DNA of 64,000 nt from a bacterium (GTDB taxonomy: Bacteria; Patescibacteriota; Minisyncoccia; Phycocordibacterales; UBA2100): NCBI GenBank assembly GCA_009924895.1, contig RFQR01000001.1:79575-143574 (forward strand). The letters are read 5' to 3'. Both the position numbers and the translations under genes were made by a program. Shown piece after piece: positions 46,032-56,568 of this stretch (position 1 is the stretch's first letter; each line of letters starts with the position of its first letter). The notes below the pieces were generated by a model. The model was not told the DNA's origin. It worked only from the letters and a program-made list of their open reading frames with translations, and searched no databases.

Positions 46032-46820
46032 ACCACAGTCGTTGGAAACTACAACAACGGTTCCGACGAGAACCTCACCTTTACGGTCTGTACTGGCGAC
46101 ACTGTTTCCTCTGGCGCCAAAACCATCACCATCGGTGCTGCAACCAAGCTCATCACGAACCCTTCAAGTTCCGGTTCCTATCGCATCTTGATCGGGGGTA
46201 CACAAGACAACTCAGGTGAGACTCGCGTTGCTATCTTGAGTAACGTCACAGTTACTGCTTCTGTCGACACCTCGTTCACATTCACGGTTGCTGGTGTGGC
46301 AAGTGGTGCATCAGTAAATGGTGATACTACTTCAACAACAACCGCAACCGCAATCGGCTTCGGTACTCTTGTTCCGACTGTTCCCGTGATTGCTGCCCAA
46401 GATCTCACGGTCACCACAAACGCAGTAAACGGTTTCTCGGTGACCGTTCAGGAAGACCAAAACCTTACCTCGGCAAATGGTGCAGACATTGATCTTTTCA
46501 AAGACGGAAACGAAAATGTAGCACCAACGACATGGACATCACCAACAAACACACTCGGTCAAGAAAAGACGTACAGCCACCTTGGTATCTCAAGTGAAGA
46601 CGCTACGCTTACCGCAGGTGATGAGTTCGGTACCTCGCTCTATGCGGGTAACTTCGGATCAACGACGCGTCAGGTTTTTTATCACAACGGCCCCGCAAAC
46701 GGTTCAACCGCAAACATCGGTGCTACTCGCGTCGGCTACAAGATTGAGATCGCATCCCTCCAGGAAGCTGCGAATGACTACATTAACCGCATTACGTACG
46801 TTGCAACTCCTGTTTTCTAA
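46032..46820 (+). pseudogene. 5'-truncated secreted WxL-like surface protein
   Basis: Open frame from 46032 with no start codon or signal peptide; VTVTASVD, IGFGTL, LTVTTNA.NGF.VT, Y.N.ITYVATPVF. Confidence 0.65.
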
Positions 46821-46876
46821 ACCACAGGTGCACTCTCTCGTGTAAGTTTTTTAAACGAGGGTGATGTGGTACAACT

Positions 46877-47959
46877 ATGGAACACAGACGAACAGGTATG
46901 AGACCACTTACTCTCGCAGTTGCTTCTCTTTTTCTCACAGCTATTCTGTTTGGGGGTACAACTGTGTTTGCACAAGTATCAGAGGGCCTACAGATGAAGC
47001 CCGCAATCATCGAGGGAAAAATCAATCCGGGAGATTCTGCAACGTACTCAATAAAAGTAACCAATCTCTCTTCTGAGGAGCGTACGCTCTATTTGAGTCC
47101 CCAAAATATTGAAGGTGTCAATGAAAAAGGTTTGCCGCGGTTCGTGCAAGAGGGCGTACCGACCGGTTATGAACTCAGTTCATGGGTAGTTATTTCAGAT
47201 GATGTGGTGGTTTTGAAACCAAACAAGACAAAGGTGATTTCCTTTGAAGTACGGGTTCCTAAGGATGCGGCCCCGGGCGCGCACGTCGGAGGCATTTTTC
47301 TCGATGCTCGTGCACCGCGTTTGCGCACATCCGGATCAGGTATTAGTGTAAAAGTGGGAACACTGATTAGTTTGCGTATCTCAGGAGATATTATCGAAGA
47401 GGCTCGCATGCGGGAATTTTCAACTGAGCACACGGTATATAGTTCACCCAAGATCACCTTTAATTCGAAAGTGGAGAATCTTGGTAATGTGCTGCTTCGA
47501 CCACAGGGACTTATCGAGATTACTGACATGTTTGGAAAGCAGGTTGCAAACATTCCCGTCAATGATGCAGGCGCCTCGGTATTTCCAAAGACACAAAAAA
47601 TTTATGCGACTGAATGGAACTATCAGCGATTTACCTTTGGTCGCTACCAAGCAGTAGTGAGTCTTGTCTTTGGTGATGAGGCGCGCAAAACAATCTCAAG
47701 TACGTCATCATTTTGGGTCTTGCCAGCGCAGCCGATTCTTATAGCCTGCGGCACGCTCCTGGGGTTCTTGCTCCTCTTGTACTTCTTTGTGCGTATGTAT
47801 TTGCGCCGCAAATTCCGCGAAATGGAGCTCAGTGGCCGCAGTTCTGAGTACCATTTGCGCCGCAGCTCTCAGACTGCTTCGCGGCTCGTCGGTGTCGCGC
47901 TCTCAGTCTTCTTTGTATGCGTTCTGATTCTCGTCTTACTCTTTCTCTTGTTCGCGTAA
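46877..47959 (+). CDS. DUF916/WxLIP-like surface protein with C-terminal TM helices
   Basis: Signal peptide, LSSWV, VPKDAAPG.H.GGI, VENLGNV...PQG.I.I.DMFG. Confidence 0.75.
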   Translation: MEHRRTGMRPLTLAVASLFLTAILFGGTTVFAQVSEGLQMKPAIIEGKINPGDSATYSIKVTNLSSEERTLYLSPQNIEGVNEKGLPRFVQEGVPTGYELSSWVVISDDVVVLKPNKTKVISFEVRVPKDAAPGAHVGGIFLDARAPRLRTSGSGISVKVGTLISLRISGDIIEEARMREFSTEHTVYSSPKITFNSKVENLGNVLLRPQGLIEITDMFGKQVANIPVNDAGASVFPKTQKIYATEWNYQRFTFGRYQAVVSLVFGDEARKTISSTSSFWVLPAQPILIACGTLLGFLLLLYFFVRMYLRRKFREMELSGRSSEYHLRRSSQTASRLVGVALSVFFVCVLILVLLFLLFA

Positions 47960-47999
47960 CGGTTTGCCTAATGTGGGCGGGGGAGATACTGTTATTAGT

Positions 48000-48407
48000 A
48001 TGACTATCGCGAAGCGACTCACTCTGATGCAGGCGGCGCTTTTGTGTGCGGCATCACTGTTTCTCCTTGTCGCACTCCTTCTTTCAACTCCAGCGCATCT
48101 CGCGTCGTCTTCTCGCACGATGCTTGCGCAAGTAGTTGGGCTCTCCGCGGGTGTCATACCCAATAGTGATAACATGCTCGCCGCACAGTTTGCCGCAAAA
48201 GAAAAGGAGCTGGCAGAGCGCGAAGCAGAGCTTTCCTCGCGCATGCAATCGACTTCGTCAGAATCACTCGCAACCACCATAGCAAGCATCAGTCTCGGTA
48301 TGAGTTTGTTTTTGTTTGTGCTTTTGGTGACGCATCTTATATATGATCGCCGTAGAATACTGCAAGCGCCTCCAGCGCTTGCCGTCGATCTTCGCCGCAA
48401 AGGGTAG
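48000..48407 (+). CDS. Hypothetical membrane protein (TM, coiled coil, TM)
   Basis: AGVIPNSDN.LAAQ...KE.EL..RE. Confidence 0.7.
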   Translation: MTIAKRLTLMQAALLCAASLFLLVALLLSTPAHLASSSRTMLAQVVGLSAGVIPNSDNMLAAQFAAKEKELAEREAELSSRMQSTSSESLATTIASISLGMSLFLFVLLVTHLIYDRRRILQAPPALAVDLRRKG

Positions 48408-48436
48408 GCGCTGCAAAATACGGTATACTCAGGTGA

Positions 48437-49724
48437 ATGAAAACCCTGCGGTTGTTTGTGGTAATGGTCGGCGCGATGGGGCTCGCGGCACTCAGCATTA
48501 ATGCGTTTGATAATTACGATAATCCATCGCGATCGCTTCTTGGGTCCGCATATACTGCATTTACACGCTCATCCGTGTGTCCGTCGGGATGAGTACCGAA
48601 ATAATACCCACCATGCCAGTTCGCTTTAATGGCCTGCCTTCAGGACTTATCCCGGCAGGAAACAACGTTATCGAGGTATCACTCAATACGAATCGCTTTG
48701 CCACGTGCCGATGTGCAACGACTTCAGGCGTTTTGTACGACGATATGACCTATCAATTTTCTCCCACCGTCGGTACCTCGTTTTATCGCGTTATAACCGG
48801 GCACCAAGATGACACGACCTATCATTATTATGTGCGCTGCATGGACACCAATGGCATAAAAAACGATGATGACTATGATATTTCGTTCAAACTCTTGCCA
48901 ACTCCCGATAGTGATTCATCGATTCTCGGGAAACCGGGTGCTGATGGTTCGGGCGGCGCGGGCGCGATTCCATACGGTAGTCCCTCGCTCTAGCAGGCAC
49001 AAGTCACGATAGGCGGGCGCAGCAGCCCGAATGCAACAGTCGTCTTTTAAAAGATGGCAAGCAAGCGGGAACGATTGCAGCAAAGCGAGATGGTTCATTT
49101 ACCTATACGATCACAAACTTAGAGTGCGGTATTTATACGTTCGGCGCCTATGCAGTAAATGCCGCGGGTCAAAAATCAGGCACATACTCGTCAACCCTGA
49201 CACTCGGACAAGGTACGCGCAACAGCATCGAAGGTGTCATCCTGCCGCCAATAATGGCGATACAAAAAAATCCGCTCACAATTGGCGAGTCGGTACGTGT
49301 TTCAGGCGAAAGCCTCCCAGGTAGTTCTATTGAGCTTGAGGTTCTACCGCAAGAATCATTTGACACCGATCTCACAGAGGTTTTCGTCGCGACGACCACC
49401 CAAGCTCCTCTTGATGCGCCCGTTACCTGGAGTATCACTATTCCTTCGTCGCAGCTTGCAAAGGGATCGTATCGGTTCCGCGCACGAACTTCTTCTTCGG
49501 ATGCGGTGCGAAGTACCTACACGACGCTTTTTGTCGGCGAAGGGGTAGTAGCAGGGGAGAGCAGTCTTCGAGTTGACTTAAACCGTGACGGCAAGATGAA
49601 TCTTGTCGACTTTTCGATTATGCTCTCAGGGTGGGGGAAGAGGGGCGTCGATGCGGATGTCAATGACGATGGTATGGTCAATCTTGCCGATGTCAGTATT
49701 CTTCTCTTCAATTGGACTGGATAA
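48437..49724 (+). pseudogene. Disrupted surface protein(s) with Ig-like and C-terminal dockerin-like domains
   Basis: ORF 48437-48592 ends at CPSG*. A second frame runs to an in-frame TAG at 48991-48993, and there is a frameshift at ~49045. C-terminal DLNRDGKMNLVDFSI...DVNDDGMVNLADVSI. Confidence 0.7.
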
Positions 49725-49727
49725 CGT

Positions 49728-50254
49728 ATGTTCATACTCGAATATGTGAAAGCTAACAGAGCCCTTTTTTTGTTGCAATTGGCATGTCTTTTGCAGGCAG
49801 TGTGTGGGCGTACCGCGCCCTATCGCTCCCGCTTCACGGTGATACGGTAGCTCTCTTTTCAGAAACGGTGCAACGAGAAGATGGAACTAAGGCGCGCATG
49901 CTCCAGCGCCATGCACGCATCACTATTCTCTACTGGTGGGCGTCGTGGTGTCCCTATTGCGCCGATGAGTTTCAGCAGCTTCAAAAGGTAAAAAAGCGCT
50001 ATGGCAGTGCTGTTGAAGTTATCGCCCTTAATCGCGGAGAGTCGCTCGAAGTTATTCATTCATTTACCGCCCCGTTTCGATCAAATGGTATTGTATTTCT
50101 CAATGACGCAGATGATAGCGTGTTCAAAAAAATTGGCGGGTATGCTATGCCCGAAACGCTTTTTATTTCGAGAAAAGGGCAGATCATTGCCCATCAGCAC
50201 GGCCCCTCTGGAGAAGGTGAGCTCGAAGCACTTGTTGAACGCGAGTTGCGCTAA
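49728..50254 (+). pseudogene. TlpA/ResA-like thioredoxin, probable frameshift in the N-terminal T7 run
   Basis: WASWCPYC, GYAMPETLFI..G. ATG 49728 is out of frame with the catalytic ORF 49784-50254; T run at 49765-49771. Confidence 0.7.
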
Positions 50255-50329
50255 GACCGTCCTTGCATTTTTTTAAAAGGTTGTTAGCGTGAAGAAGGAA
50301 GGGCATTGGTCGAACCTCAGGAGGTGATC

Positions 50330-50608
50330 ATGAGAAGCTCGGTACAATCCAAAACTCGTCGCAAAGCGCGGCAGATTCCGAAACAAATTGATCTTGCAGC
50401 TCTTGGCAACGGTGAGCTGTCATACATCAGACAAGTTTCAGCCGAAAAAGCACGTGAAGAGTTTCCGAGCATCGAAAAAATGCCGAAAGATATCGATCTC
50501 TTTGTCCTCCACGGAGCAGATGGAACACCGCTCGCGCTTACCGACACGAAACAAGCTGCAATCGGGTATGCAATGGGCGGTGACCTTGAGATTCGGATGT
50601 TGCACTGA
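50330..50608 (+). CDS. DUF1150 family protein
   Basis: LAALG.G.LSYIRQV, LFVLHGADGTPLALTD, terminal H. Perfect AGGAGGTGATC SD. Confidence 0.8.
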   Translation: MRSSVQSKTRRKARQIPKQIDLAALGNGELSYIRQVSAEKAREEFPSIEKMPKDIDLFVLHGADGTPLALTDTKQAAIGYAMGGDLEIRMLH

Positions 50609-50615
50609 GAACTAG

Positions 50616-50639
50616 AGAGCGCCGGGAAACCGGCGCTCT
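50616..50639 (+). terminator. Intrinsic terminator
   Basis: AGAGCGCCGG-GAAA-CCGGCGCTCT. Confidence 0.75.
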
Positions 50640-50720
50640 GTCTCTTATCAAAAACTTGCTTTTTTTCTTTTTATATTGTATAATAGAAAAATTGAAGGTA
50701 CGCCCTCAATACTAATTGTC

Positions 50721-51935
50721 ATGGAACCACATACAACGAATCCCGTTTCGGGATCTTTTCGCGGCATGGGTCTTGCACCGGCGCTTTTGGACGTGCTTGA
50801 TTCCGCGCATTTTACGACTCCAACTCCGATTCAAGAGCGTGCAATACCGCATGCGGTTGTTGGTACCGATGTTATTGGTGTTGCGCAAACGGGTACCGGC
50901 AAAACACTCGCCTTTGGGCTGCCGCTCGTGCAGCGTCTCCTCGGAAATCAATCAACCGGGCTTATCCTCGTGCCAACGCGCGAGCTTGCGCTGCAGGTTG
51001 CAGAAACACTCGCGCGCTTCGGAAAACCGCTCCATCTCTCAGGCACTGTTCTTATTGGCGGCGCTGCGATGGGGCCGCAGGTATCGGACCTTCGCCGCAA
51101 GCCGCGCATTATCATCGCAACCCCGGGACGCCTCCTTGATCATATGCGACAAGGCACCATTCGACTCGATACTGTTTCTATGTTGGTACTTGATGAGGCG
51201 GACCGTATGCTCGATATGGGTTTTTGGCCTCAGGTAAAAGAAATTATGAACGCACTCACGAGCGAACGACAAACGATGCTCTTTTCGGCGACGCTCTCGC
51301 GCGAAATTGTTGATCTGGCTCGCAAGTATATGAAAACGCCGACCTCTATCGAGGTAGCGCCTCCGGGAACAACTGCCGAAAAAGTAACGCAGGAATTTTT
51401 CTTTGTGCGAAAACAAGAGAAACCACAGCTTTTGGAAAAAGTGCTTGAGGGCTCAGGTTCGACTATTGTTTTTTTGCGTACGAAACACACGACGAAAAAA
51501 ATTGCTCGCTTGGTGCGAGATATGGGATATACCGCGGCAGAGATTCACGGCAACCGTACGCTGGGGCAGCGCACGCAAGCGATTGAAGGTTTCCGATCAG
51601 GAAAAATTAAGGTGTTGGTTGCAACGGATATAGCGGCGCGAGGTATTGATGTTAAAGGCGTTGAATTGGTAGTGAACTATGACATGCCAATGAAGCTCGA
51701 AGACTACGTGCATCGCATCGGACGAACTGCCCGCGCAGGAACGGAAGGGAAAGCGATTTCATTCGTGCTTCCCGAGGAGCGCCGGGTATTGAACGGTGTC
51801 GAACGCTTGATCCGTAAGCATGTACAGATTTCAAAAATGCCTGTATTGCCACCAGCACGTGCCGTATCTCAAACAACAATGGACGAGCCGTTTCGCGGTC
51901 GGTCTCAGCGTCGCAGGCCATTTCGACGTAGGTAG
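50721..51935 (+). CDS. DEAD-box RNA helicase (RhlE-like)
   Basis: PTPIQ, AQTGTGKT, PTRELA, TPGR, DEAD, SAT, ARGID, HRIGRTAR. Confidence 0.95.
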   Translation: MEPHTTNPVSGSFRGMGLAPALLDVLDSAHFTTPTPIQERAIPHAVVGTDVIGVAQTGTGKTLAFGLPLVQRLLGNQSTGLILVPTRELALQVAETLARFGKPLHLSGTVLIGGAAMGPQVSDLRRKPRIIIATPGRLLDHMRQGTIRLDTVSMLVLDEADRMLDMGFWPQVKEIMNALTSERQTMLFSATLSREIVDLARKYMKTPTSIEVAPPGTTAEKVTQEFFFVRKQEKPQLLEKVLEGSGSTIVFLRTKHTTKKIARLVRDMGYTAAEIHGNRTLGQRTQAIEGFRSGKIKVLVATDIAARGIDVKGVELVVNYDMPMKLEDYVHRIGRTARAGTEGKAISFVLPEERRVLNGVERLIRKHVQISKMPVLPPARAVSQTTMDEPFRGRSQRRRPFRRR

Positions 51936-52033
51936 TATACAATCAACGATGCTCTCGTTATTGGAACATCGTACTCCACGATACTCGGCACACGTGCCGC
52001 AGTGCTTGTAGTTCTAAGTGGTATAATTGCCAC

Positions 52034-53182
52034 ATGGGTTTTTCGTTTTCTGATCTTTTTGGAAAAATTACCGCTGTCTCAGGTGCGGGGTCTGGGGAGA
52101 GTGTTCTCGGTATTGACATTGGCGCCTCTTCAATCAAGGTCGTACAGCTGCGCAATAGTCACGGTGCTGCGGTTTTGGAGACGTATGGCGAAATTGCGCT
52201 TGCCCCGTATGCAAAACAGCCAGTAGGAAAGGCGATAAAACTTACTCCCGAACAATTAGCAAAAGCAATCACCGATCTTGTCAAAGAAGCAAATGTAACC
52301 AGCAATAAAGCGGGGGTCTCTATTCCATTTTCAGCGAGCCTCGTTACGGTGATTGATTTACCACAAGTGGGGGAGGACCAGCTCAAGCGTATGGTGCCGA
52401 TTGAGGCGCGTAAGTATATTCCCGTTCCAGTATCTGAAGTTGCGCTTGATTGGTTTGTGATACCAAAAGATACTGAAAGTGATACGTTTGACCATCTCGA
52501 AACAGCGCAAACTGCACACCCAAAGGGTGAAGAAGTGCTGTTGGTTGCCGTTCATAATGATATTTTGCGCTCCTACCAGGAGATTATGCAAAACGCATCG
52601 ATAAGCGCATCGTTTTATGAAGTCGAAATTTTTAGTGCGGTACGTTCATCGTTAGGCCACGGCCTTGCGCCGGTTATGATTGTTGATATTGGTGCCTCGA
52701 CGACCAAGATGTATGTGGTGGAGCGCGGAGTGGTGAGGCTCACGCACTTGCTTACGGTTGGGGGTCAGCATATGTCTGAGTATCTCGCGCGCGCGATGAC
52801 GTGGGAGTTTGATAAGGCGGAGCGTATCAAGCGTGAACGCGGTCTCGTTGATTCAGGTGCATTCTCTACCGATGAGAACGATCGCATTAAGAGCGCATTG
52901 TTATCAACACTGACTCGCGTGTTTACTGAGGTTGATAGAGTATTATTGAGCTACGGGCAACGATACAATAAGAATATCTCTCATGTTGTTTTTGCGGGAG
53001 GAGGAGCGTCATTACCGGGACTCCTTGATACCGCACAAGCATCGCTCAACGCCGAAGTTGAAATTGCCCAACCATTTTCTCGCACGGAAGCTCCCGCATT
53101 TCTTGCTGATGCTCTGCGACAAATTGGTCCCGGATTCGCAGTTGCAGTGGGGCTTGCACTCCGTAAGCTCAAACGCGGCTAA
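52034..53182 (+). CDS. pilM: Type IV pilus assembly protein PilM
   Basis: GIDIGASSIKVVQL, EARKYIP, VDIGASTT, AGGGA.L.GL, AVGLALR. Confidence 0.92.
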   Translation: MGFSFSDLFGKITAVSGAGSGESVLGIDIGASSIKVVQLRNSHGAAVLETYGEIALAPYAKQPVGKAIKLTPEQLAKAITDLVKEANVTSNKAGVSIPFSASLVTVIDLPQVGEDQLKRMVPIEARKYIPVPVSEVALDWFVIPKDTESDTFDHLETAQTAHPKGEEVLLVAVHNDILRSYQEIMQNASISASFYEVEIFSAVRSSLGHGLAPVMIVDIGASTTKMYVVERGVVRLTHLLTVGGQHMSEYLARAMTWEFDKAERIKRERGLVDSGAFSTDENDRIKSALLSTLTRVFTEVDRVLLSYGQRYNKNISHVVFAGGGASLPGLLDTAQASLNAEVEIAQPFSRTEAPAFLADALRQIGPGFAVAVGLALRKLKRG

Positions 53183-53185
53183 CCT

Positions 53186-53926
53186 ATGGAATCAAACATC
53201 ACTTCATCGTTCATTCCGTCAGATGCGGGCAACATGACCAGCTCGAGGAGCGCTGAGCCAGCGCTCTTTGATTTGTTTTTACTGCTCTCATCCGTACTTT
53301 TAGTCGCGTCAGGTACGCTTGCGGTTGGTGTGTTTCTATACCACCAGTACCTTGGCACGAGTTTGCAGTCGAAAACCGAACAGATTGAACGCGCGAAAAA
53401 AGCGTTTGAGCCGGCGCTCGTCCAGGATCTCGCGCGACTCGACGATCGCATGCACGCAAGCGACAGCATCTTGGGAGCGCACCTCGCAATCTCAGGATTT
53501 TTTCGTATGCTTGAAGCCGCTACTCTTAAATCAGTTACCTTTAAAACACTGACGTTTGACGCTTCGGACCCGAAAGATATTCAAATAAAAATGACTGGCA
53601 CGGCCCGAACAGTCAACGGCATCGCGCTTCAAGCCGACGTGTTTACAAAAGGCGGTGCCTTGGTGAGTCCCATTTTTTCCAATATCGTGCGGCAGGATGA
53701 TGGGGTAAATTTTGAGCTCAGTGCGGAGGTCAACCAGTCACTCGTTCGTTTTTCTTCGGTTAAAGGCGCGGCAGGTGAGAGCACTCTCCAGTCCGGAGAT
53801 GTTTTTGCTCCGCAAAATGTCTCGGTGCCACAAGAAGCACAGCCTCCCGCTCCCGCTCCCACTTCCACTTCCGTAAAAAGTAACGAGCCTGCAAGCGCTC
53901 CGCCGCAGCCACAACCGAGACTATGA
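53186..53926 (+). CDS. PilN-like protein
   Basis: SFIP N-terminal motif, TM helix, coiled coil; position after pilM. Confidence 0.7.
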   Translation: MESNITSSFIPSDAGNMTSSRSAEPALFDLFLLLSSVLLVASGTLAVGVFLYHQYLGTSLQSKTEQIERAKKAFEPALVQDLARLDDRMHASDSILGAHLAISGFFRMLEAATLKSVTFKTLTFDASDPKDIQIKMTGTARTVNGIALQADVFTKGGALVSPIFSNIVRQDDGVNFELSAEVNQSLVRFSSVKGAAGESTLQSGDVFAPQNVSVPQEAQPPAPAPTSTSVKSNEPASAPPQPQPRL

Positions 53927-54486
53927 TACGAACTATCCTCGCCGTTTTAGCACTTGTCGGTTCGGGAGTCTTGTTTTTTGGCTACACCAAACCGTTGTAC
54001 GACGATGTGCATGTTCGTGAAGTAAAAATTGCTGAGCACGACCAAGCGCTCACTCGCGCTGCAGAGCTTCAGAAACTGAAGCAGACGCTGCTTTCACGCT
54101 ACAATGCATTTGATCCAGCCGATCTTGAACGTCTGCATAAAATGCTCCCCGACCATGTTGACAACGTGCGCTTGGTTCTTGATCTCGACAGTCTTGCAAC
54201 GAAGCACCACATGGCTGTTGAAAATGTAGTCGTAAATACACAAAAAGAAAAAAAGGATACCCAGACGATAGGAGGCACCTCTTCGAATCAAAAATACGAT
54301 TCGCTCACGCTGCGGTTTGCAACTGACGGAACGTATCAAGATTTTATACAGTTTATTGAAGAGCTCGAATCGAGCCTGCGTATCGTCGACGTGGTCAATG
54401 TTGCCCTGACACAAGGTGCTCAAAAGTCTGGCATCGAACCAATTTATCATTACGACATTACGATTAAAACCTACTGGCTCAAGTAA
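53923..54486 (+). CDS. pilO: Type IV pilus protein PilO
   Basis: TM helix, MLPD, G.YQDF..F...LE.SLRIVDV. Confidence 0.8.
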   Translation: MIRTILAVLALVGSGVLFFGYTKPLYDDVHVREVKIAEHDQALTRAAELQKLKQTLLSRYNAFDPADLERLHKMLPDHVDNVRLVLDLDSLATKHHMAVENVVVNTQKEKKDTQTIGGTSSNQKYDSLTLRFATDGTYQDFIQFIEELESSLRIVDVVNVALTQGAQKSGIEPIYHYDITIKTYWLK

Positions 54487-54489
54487 CGT

Positions 54490-54849
54490 ATGCTGAATAA
54501 ATTACTTTTTTTCGGTTTTGCTGCCCTCATTGCTTTTGGTGCATGGTGGGGAATTTCCTCGAGTGGAACCGGAGAGCAGCCCCTCATCGCAACCGAATCG
54601 ACGCTCAATCAAGGCGCGGCTGGAGCCGATGGTTTACTCTCGTTGCGTACGATTACGCTCAGTAGCACCATTTTCAACGACCCCTTGTTTCGAGTACTGA
54701 TTGACGTGGGAGTTGATATTGTTCCTGAACTAGCAGGGAAGAGAAATCCATTTGCGCAACCGGCTGACGCTGCTCCTGCGGGGACGCTGCCGTCCTCGTT
54801 TGAGACAAAACCAAAGCAACAAAAGACGCCAGGAGGGTTGCGACCGTAA
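54490..54849 (+). CDS. Hypothetical pilus-associated protein (PilP position)
   Basis: TM helix, GKRNPF motif. Confidence 0.65.
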   Translation: MLNKLLFFGFAALIAFGAWWGISSSGTGEQPLIATESTLNQGAAGADGLLSLRTITLSSTIFNDPLFRVLIDVGVDIVPELAGKRNPFAQPADAAPAGTLPSSFETKPKQQKTPGGLRP

Positions 54850-54855
54850 CTACCT

Positions 54856-56559
54856 ATGGCTGTGCAAGCATCTGTTTTAAGTACGCCTCTTGAAGGAGCA
54901 CTTCCTACTCGAGTAGTGGCGCAAGGTAAAATCCCGTTTGATGTCTTGCGCTACATTCCTGAAGATTCTATTCGCCATTACCAAATCGCGCCGCTTGCAG
55001 TTTCCGAAGGAGTGTTGGAGGTAGGCATCGTCGATCCCGATAACATCGCAGCGGTAGATGCGCTCAACTTTATTACTCGCAAAACGGGAGTTGCATTTAA
55101 ATTGTTTCGCATCTCAGAAAACGACTTAGAAAAAATTCTTGAAATGTACCGGGGATTGAAGGGGGATGTAGAAAAAGCGGTGTCGGACCTTACAACAGGC
55201 ACTGCGGTGCAGAAAGATGATGACGATGTAGCTGACATTGTGCCGCTTGATTTGAATATCGCCGCAGAACCGGCACAAGACATGAGTGTCACGCTCGCGA
55301 TTGCAGAAGATGCGCCCACCGTCAAAATCGCTTCAACTATCTTGCGGTATGCAATTGACGGCAGGGCATCCGATATCCATATCGAGGCATCGCCGCAGGG
55401 AGTAAAGGTGCGCTACCGTGTCGATGGTGAATTGCACACTAGCGTGGTATTGCCGCTTAACACCCATCGCGCACTCGTTGCTCGCTTCAAGGTTCTTTCC
55501 TCTATTCGCCTAGACGAACAGCGCAAACCCCAAGACGGACGTTTTAGCGCTTCAATTGATGGTCGCCAGATCGATTTTCGTGTTTCGACCTTTCCCTCAT
55601 ACTATGGAGAAAAGATAGTGATTCGTATTCTCGATCATAATCAGAGCTTTGTTTCGGTAACCGATCTGGGCCTCTCAGAGCGTGATTTGCGCGTCATTCG
55701 CAGAGCGCTCAAGCGGCCCCATGGACTCATACTGATTTCCGGTCCTACCGGAAGTGGTAAGTCAACCACGCTGTACTCAATGTTGTCGGAAATTGACCGA
55801 GAACGACTCAACGTACTTTCGCTTGAAGACCCGATTGAATACTTCGTTGATGGCGTCACACAGTCGCAAATGAAACCAGAAATCGGATATACGTTTGCCT
55901 CAGGGCTTCGCACGACACTCCGTCAAGACCCGGACGTTATCTTGGTGGGTGAGATTCGCGACTCTGAAACAGCAAAACTCGCCGTTCAAGCGGCGCTCAC
56001 GGGTCACCTCGTACTCTCAACAATTCACACCAACGATGCGGTGGGTACGGTTTCCCGTCTCGTTGATATGGGAGTTGAACCATACCTCATTCCTCCCGTC
56101 CTCGTACTCTCTATGGCGCAGCGCTTGGTAAAAACGCTCTGCCCCGGTACCGGAAAAAAGGTGCCGCTCTCTGCGAGTGCTCGTGTTGCAATTGAAGCTG
56201 AGCGCCTCTCGCTCCCCGAACAGCATCGGTTTGCGCTCCCAACCGAAGTATTCGAAGCTGAGCGTACCGCAACCTGTCCCACGGGTACCCGAGGCCGTAT
56301 GGCAGTCTTTGAAGTTCTGGAGATGAATACCGATATTGAACGCATCGTTCTCGAACAGCCCCTTAAGGAATCAAGCCTGAGAGCAGCAGCCCGAGCGCAA
56401 GGCATGCTTACCATGCGCGAAGACGCGCTCATGAAATCAGTTGCGGGTAAATTACCGTTTAACGAAGTATCGGGCCTTTCAAGCACCATCAATGTCGAGG
56501 AAGAGCCGGCACTTATCGCTGAGGACGTTGGGGATGCCGCAGTAAAAACAGTAGTATAA
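54856..56559 (+). CDS. pilB: Type IV pilus extension ATPase (GspE/PilB)
   Basis: ASDIHIE, PQDGR, GPTGSGKSTT, EDPIEY, LRQDPD.ILVGEIRD, TGHLVLSTIHTN. Confidence 0.93.
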   Translation: MAVQASVLSTPLEGALPTRVVAQGKIPFDVLRYIPEDSIRHYQIAPLAVSEGVLEVGIVDPDNIAAVDALNFITRKTGVAFKLFRISENDLEKILEMYRGLKGDVEKAVSDLTTGTAVQKDDDDVADIVPLDLNIAAEPAQDMSVTLAIAEDAPTVKIASTILRYAIDGRASDIHIEASPQGVKVRYRVDGELHTSVVLPLNTHRALVARFKVLSSIRLDEQRKPQDGRFSASIDGRQIDFRVSTFPSYYGEKIVIRILDHNQSFVSVTDLGLSERDLRVIRRALKRPHGLILISGPTGSGKSTTLYSMLSEIDRERLNVLSLEDPIEYFVDGVTQSQMKPEIGYTFASGLRTTLRQDPDVILVGEIRDSETAKLAVQAALTGHLVLSTIHTNDAVGTVSRLVDMGVEPYLIPPVLVLSMAQRLVKTLCPGTGKKVPLSASARVAIEAERLSLPEQHRFALPTEVFEAERTATCPTGTRGRMAVFEVLEMNTDIERIVLEQPLKESSLRAAARAQGMLTMREDALMKSVAGKLPFNEVSGLSSTINVEEEPALIAEDVGDAAVKTVV

Positions 56560-56568
56560 TGCTTTGAT

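Noticed and set aside
51949-52011. 20-codon ORF with an upstream TACAAT between the helicase and pilM
   Set aside because: Too short, with no recognisable features or independent support.
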